A DNA stretch of 64,000 bases from the NCBI RefSeq assembly GCF_001194135.2, contig NC_068993.1, forward strand, positions 28,824,672-28,888,671. The letters are read 5' to 3'. The DNA comes from Octopus bimaculoides (Eukaryota). A program made the position numbers and the translations under genes. Positions 62,204 through 64,000 of the stretch are shown piece by piece (positions within the stretch are counted from its first letter, which is position 1; each line of letters begins with the position of its first letter). Below the pieces are notes generated by a model that was not told the DNA's origin, searched no databases, and saw only the letters and a program-made list of their open reading frames with translations.

Positions 62204-63807
62204 ATATATATATATTCCTCTGTGGAATTTAAGAATATTTAAGGCATGAATATTCAGGTGGGTCCTCACTAATGGATGGGCTATGGGAATTACTTACGGA
62301 TATGTGAGTAGCGTTTTATTTAGTTATATCAGAGATACACATCCAGTCAACAAATAAATATCGGCACAAGAGTCATGGAGGGAGAAGCAATTAGCTGAAA
62401 AGTAAATAAATGATAAACAGACACTAAAGGGTTCTATCATAGAAAAGTAGTCTTAAAGTATATTATCGTACTAAGATGCATAGCTAAGTCATACACTAGA
62501 ATAGTGTTTATGAAGTGTTATTACGTTGTGGGTAGGTCTGAGTACTAATTTCAAGCTTATGAGTAAAGTCCAAAATACAAGGGTTAATGTGGACAGGTCT
62601 AAGTTAAAGCATATTTAGGCTTGTAGACTATAGTTGAAGTGGGGTAACTGTGTATTGCAAAACTAGTGTGTAAACCATTCATAGACACAAAAAGTAAGGT
62701 TGAGATTAGTATCAATTCTGGATAGAAGCAGAAAGTATTCATGTGACGTATTATAATTATATCAGGTTGTAAAGACTGTAACTTTGTAACCACATGGAAT
62801 TAATTATAGTTACAATGGGGGTTATCCTGGCTCATGTGGGGATGATGGGATGTACATGTAGTATAGATGTTAGATGTATTTTAATCCACCTAGGTATACA
62901 AGTACTAGTAGTTATACATATCCAGACACATGGATATATTCCTAATGAGTGTTTAAAATATATGCATAGAAATTTATGCTAAGAAGAATATGGAATATGG
63001 AGTAACATCCCAAGGATAAACTGGTGTTATATTGTCCAATCTCTGTCCAATGTTTGTTCATCTCTGTATATCACTGACGTGATGAGGATGACTTTGAAAA
63101 TTCTGAGGCCTCATGGTAGAAACATCCGTAAGGGATTTGTATCTGTACACTCATTTATTATTATTCATTCATCTATATATATATATATATATTGGGCATG
63201 ATAGATGAGTTCAGCAAAAATTTAGATTCAGATGGTACTTAAGTTGAGGCACCAAAATTTAGTATGGTATTATCCATATAATTTCAAAGTAAGGTGATTA
63301 AAATCAAAATAAACAAGAAGGATATCCAGAGGTAATGCAGTACGATCGTTTCATGCAGAGCAATCCTCAGCTGCACAAAGACATAGAATTTAATTAAACT
63401 TTAACTTTATCCAATAATGACATATTGTTTTACTTAAATTATTATACATTTTCTATAAATATTTGCTATTGAAGTTAATAAGGTATGGATTTTTTATTAT
63501 GGTTTCAGTGATTAGGCTGTCTTTATTCCTTTTCTATTATGCTCTAACCTAACTAATCATTTTATTATTATTGTTATTATTATTTTATAGTAGCCTTAAA
63601 TAAATCTAATCCTTGTACCTCTATTATTTCCTACTCAGCTTATATAAGGTAATACCATTATCTCGCCAACATAAAATAGTTCAATTTAATTAAATCAGTA
63701 TACAATTAACATGTTCTTTAACTTCAGTTGGTCCATTATTAAATACCAGATAAATCCAATTGATCAATCTCTATAGAAACCATATAAGTTGATATTTAGA
63801 TAAGTAA

Positions 63808-63950
63808 TCTATATATATAAAAATGAGAATGTGTGTCTGTGTGTGTGTGTGTGCTTCTCTAAAACTCGAGAACTACACAACCAATTTCATTCAAATTTTA
63901 CACATGCCTTACTTAGGGTTCCGGTTGTGTTTTAGTCAAAAAAAATTTCT
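63808..63950 (+). mobile_element. Helitron-like 5' end
   Basis: A|TCTATATATATAAAAATGAGAATGTGTG..., the same 5' architecture as the other Helitron-like ends. Confidence 0.55.
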
Positions 63951-63962
63951 TTCACTTTAATG

Positions 63963-64000
<38 letters not shown>

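Noticed and set aside
62420-63130. Possible PLE-like tail region
   Set aside because: Composition suggestive but no translatable motif recognised.
63075-63135. Hammerhead-like fragments (tgatgagg...cctc...gaaacatccgta)
   Set aside because: Core and stems cannot be assembled consistently.

Overview
AT-rich, microsatellite-dense animal genomic DNA with many N gaps. The repeat families look like those of an octopus (coleoid cephalopod); this is inferred from remembered SINE/RTE tail motifs and not verified. Most of the window is decayed, nested mobile DNA: RTE, R4/Dong and CRE non-LTR retrotransposons, at least five Penelope-like (PLE) pieces, a Gypsy pol remnant, three mariner copies, Helitron ends, SINEs and several foldback/MITE elements. 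One host coding exon is well supported (+, 55796-57377, 481 codons, product not recognised). The most unusual structure is at 22.3-27.4 kb: three diverged retroelement-like units in a head-to-tail array, each with one gag/ORF1-like ORF and no RT or endonuclease in the sequenced part, joined by a recurring near-palindromic 18-bp motif. Two related fragments lie at 28.3 and 29.5 kb. Also notable: an apparently intact type I hammerhead ribozyme in a PLE terminal repeat (53478-53569) plus three degenerate ones, an 812-bp TIR element with head-to-head telomere-like arrays, and a 1.5-kb TTAA-flanked foldback whose removal restores a PLE reading frame. Element boundaries were read by eye and are approximate unless termini or TSDs are quoted.
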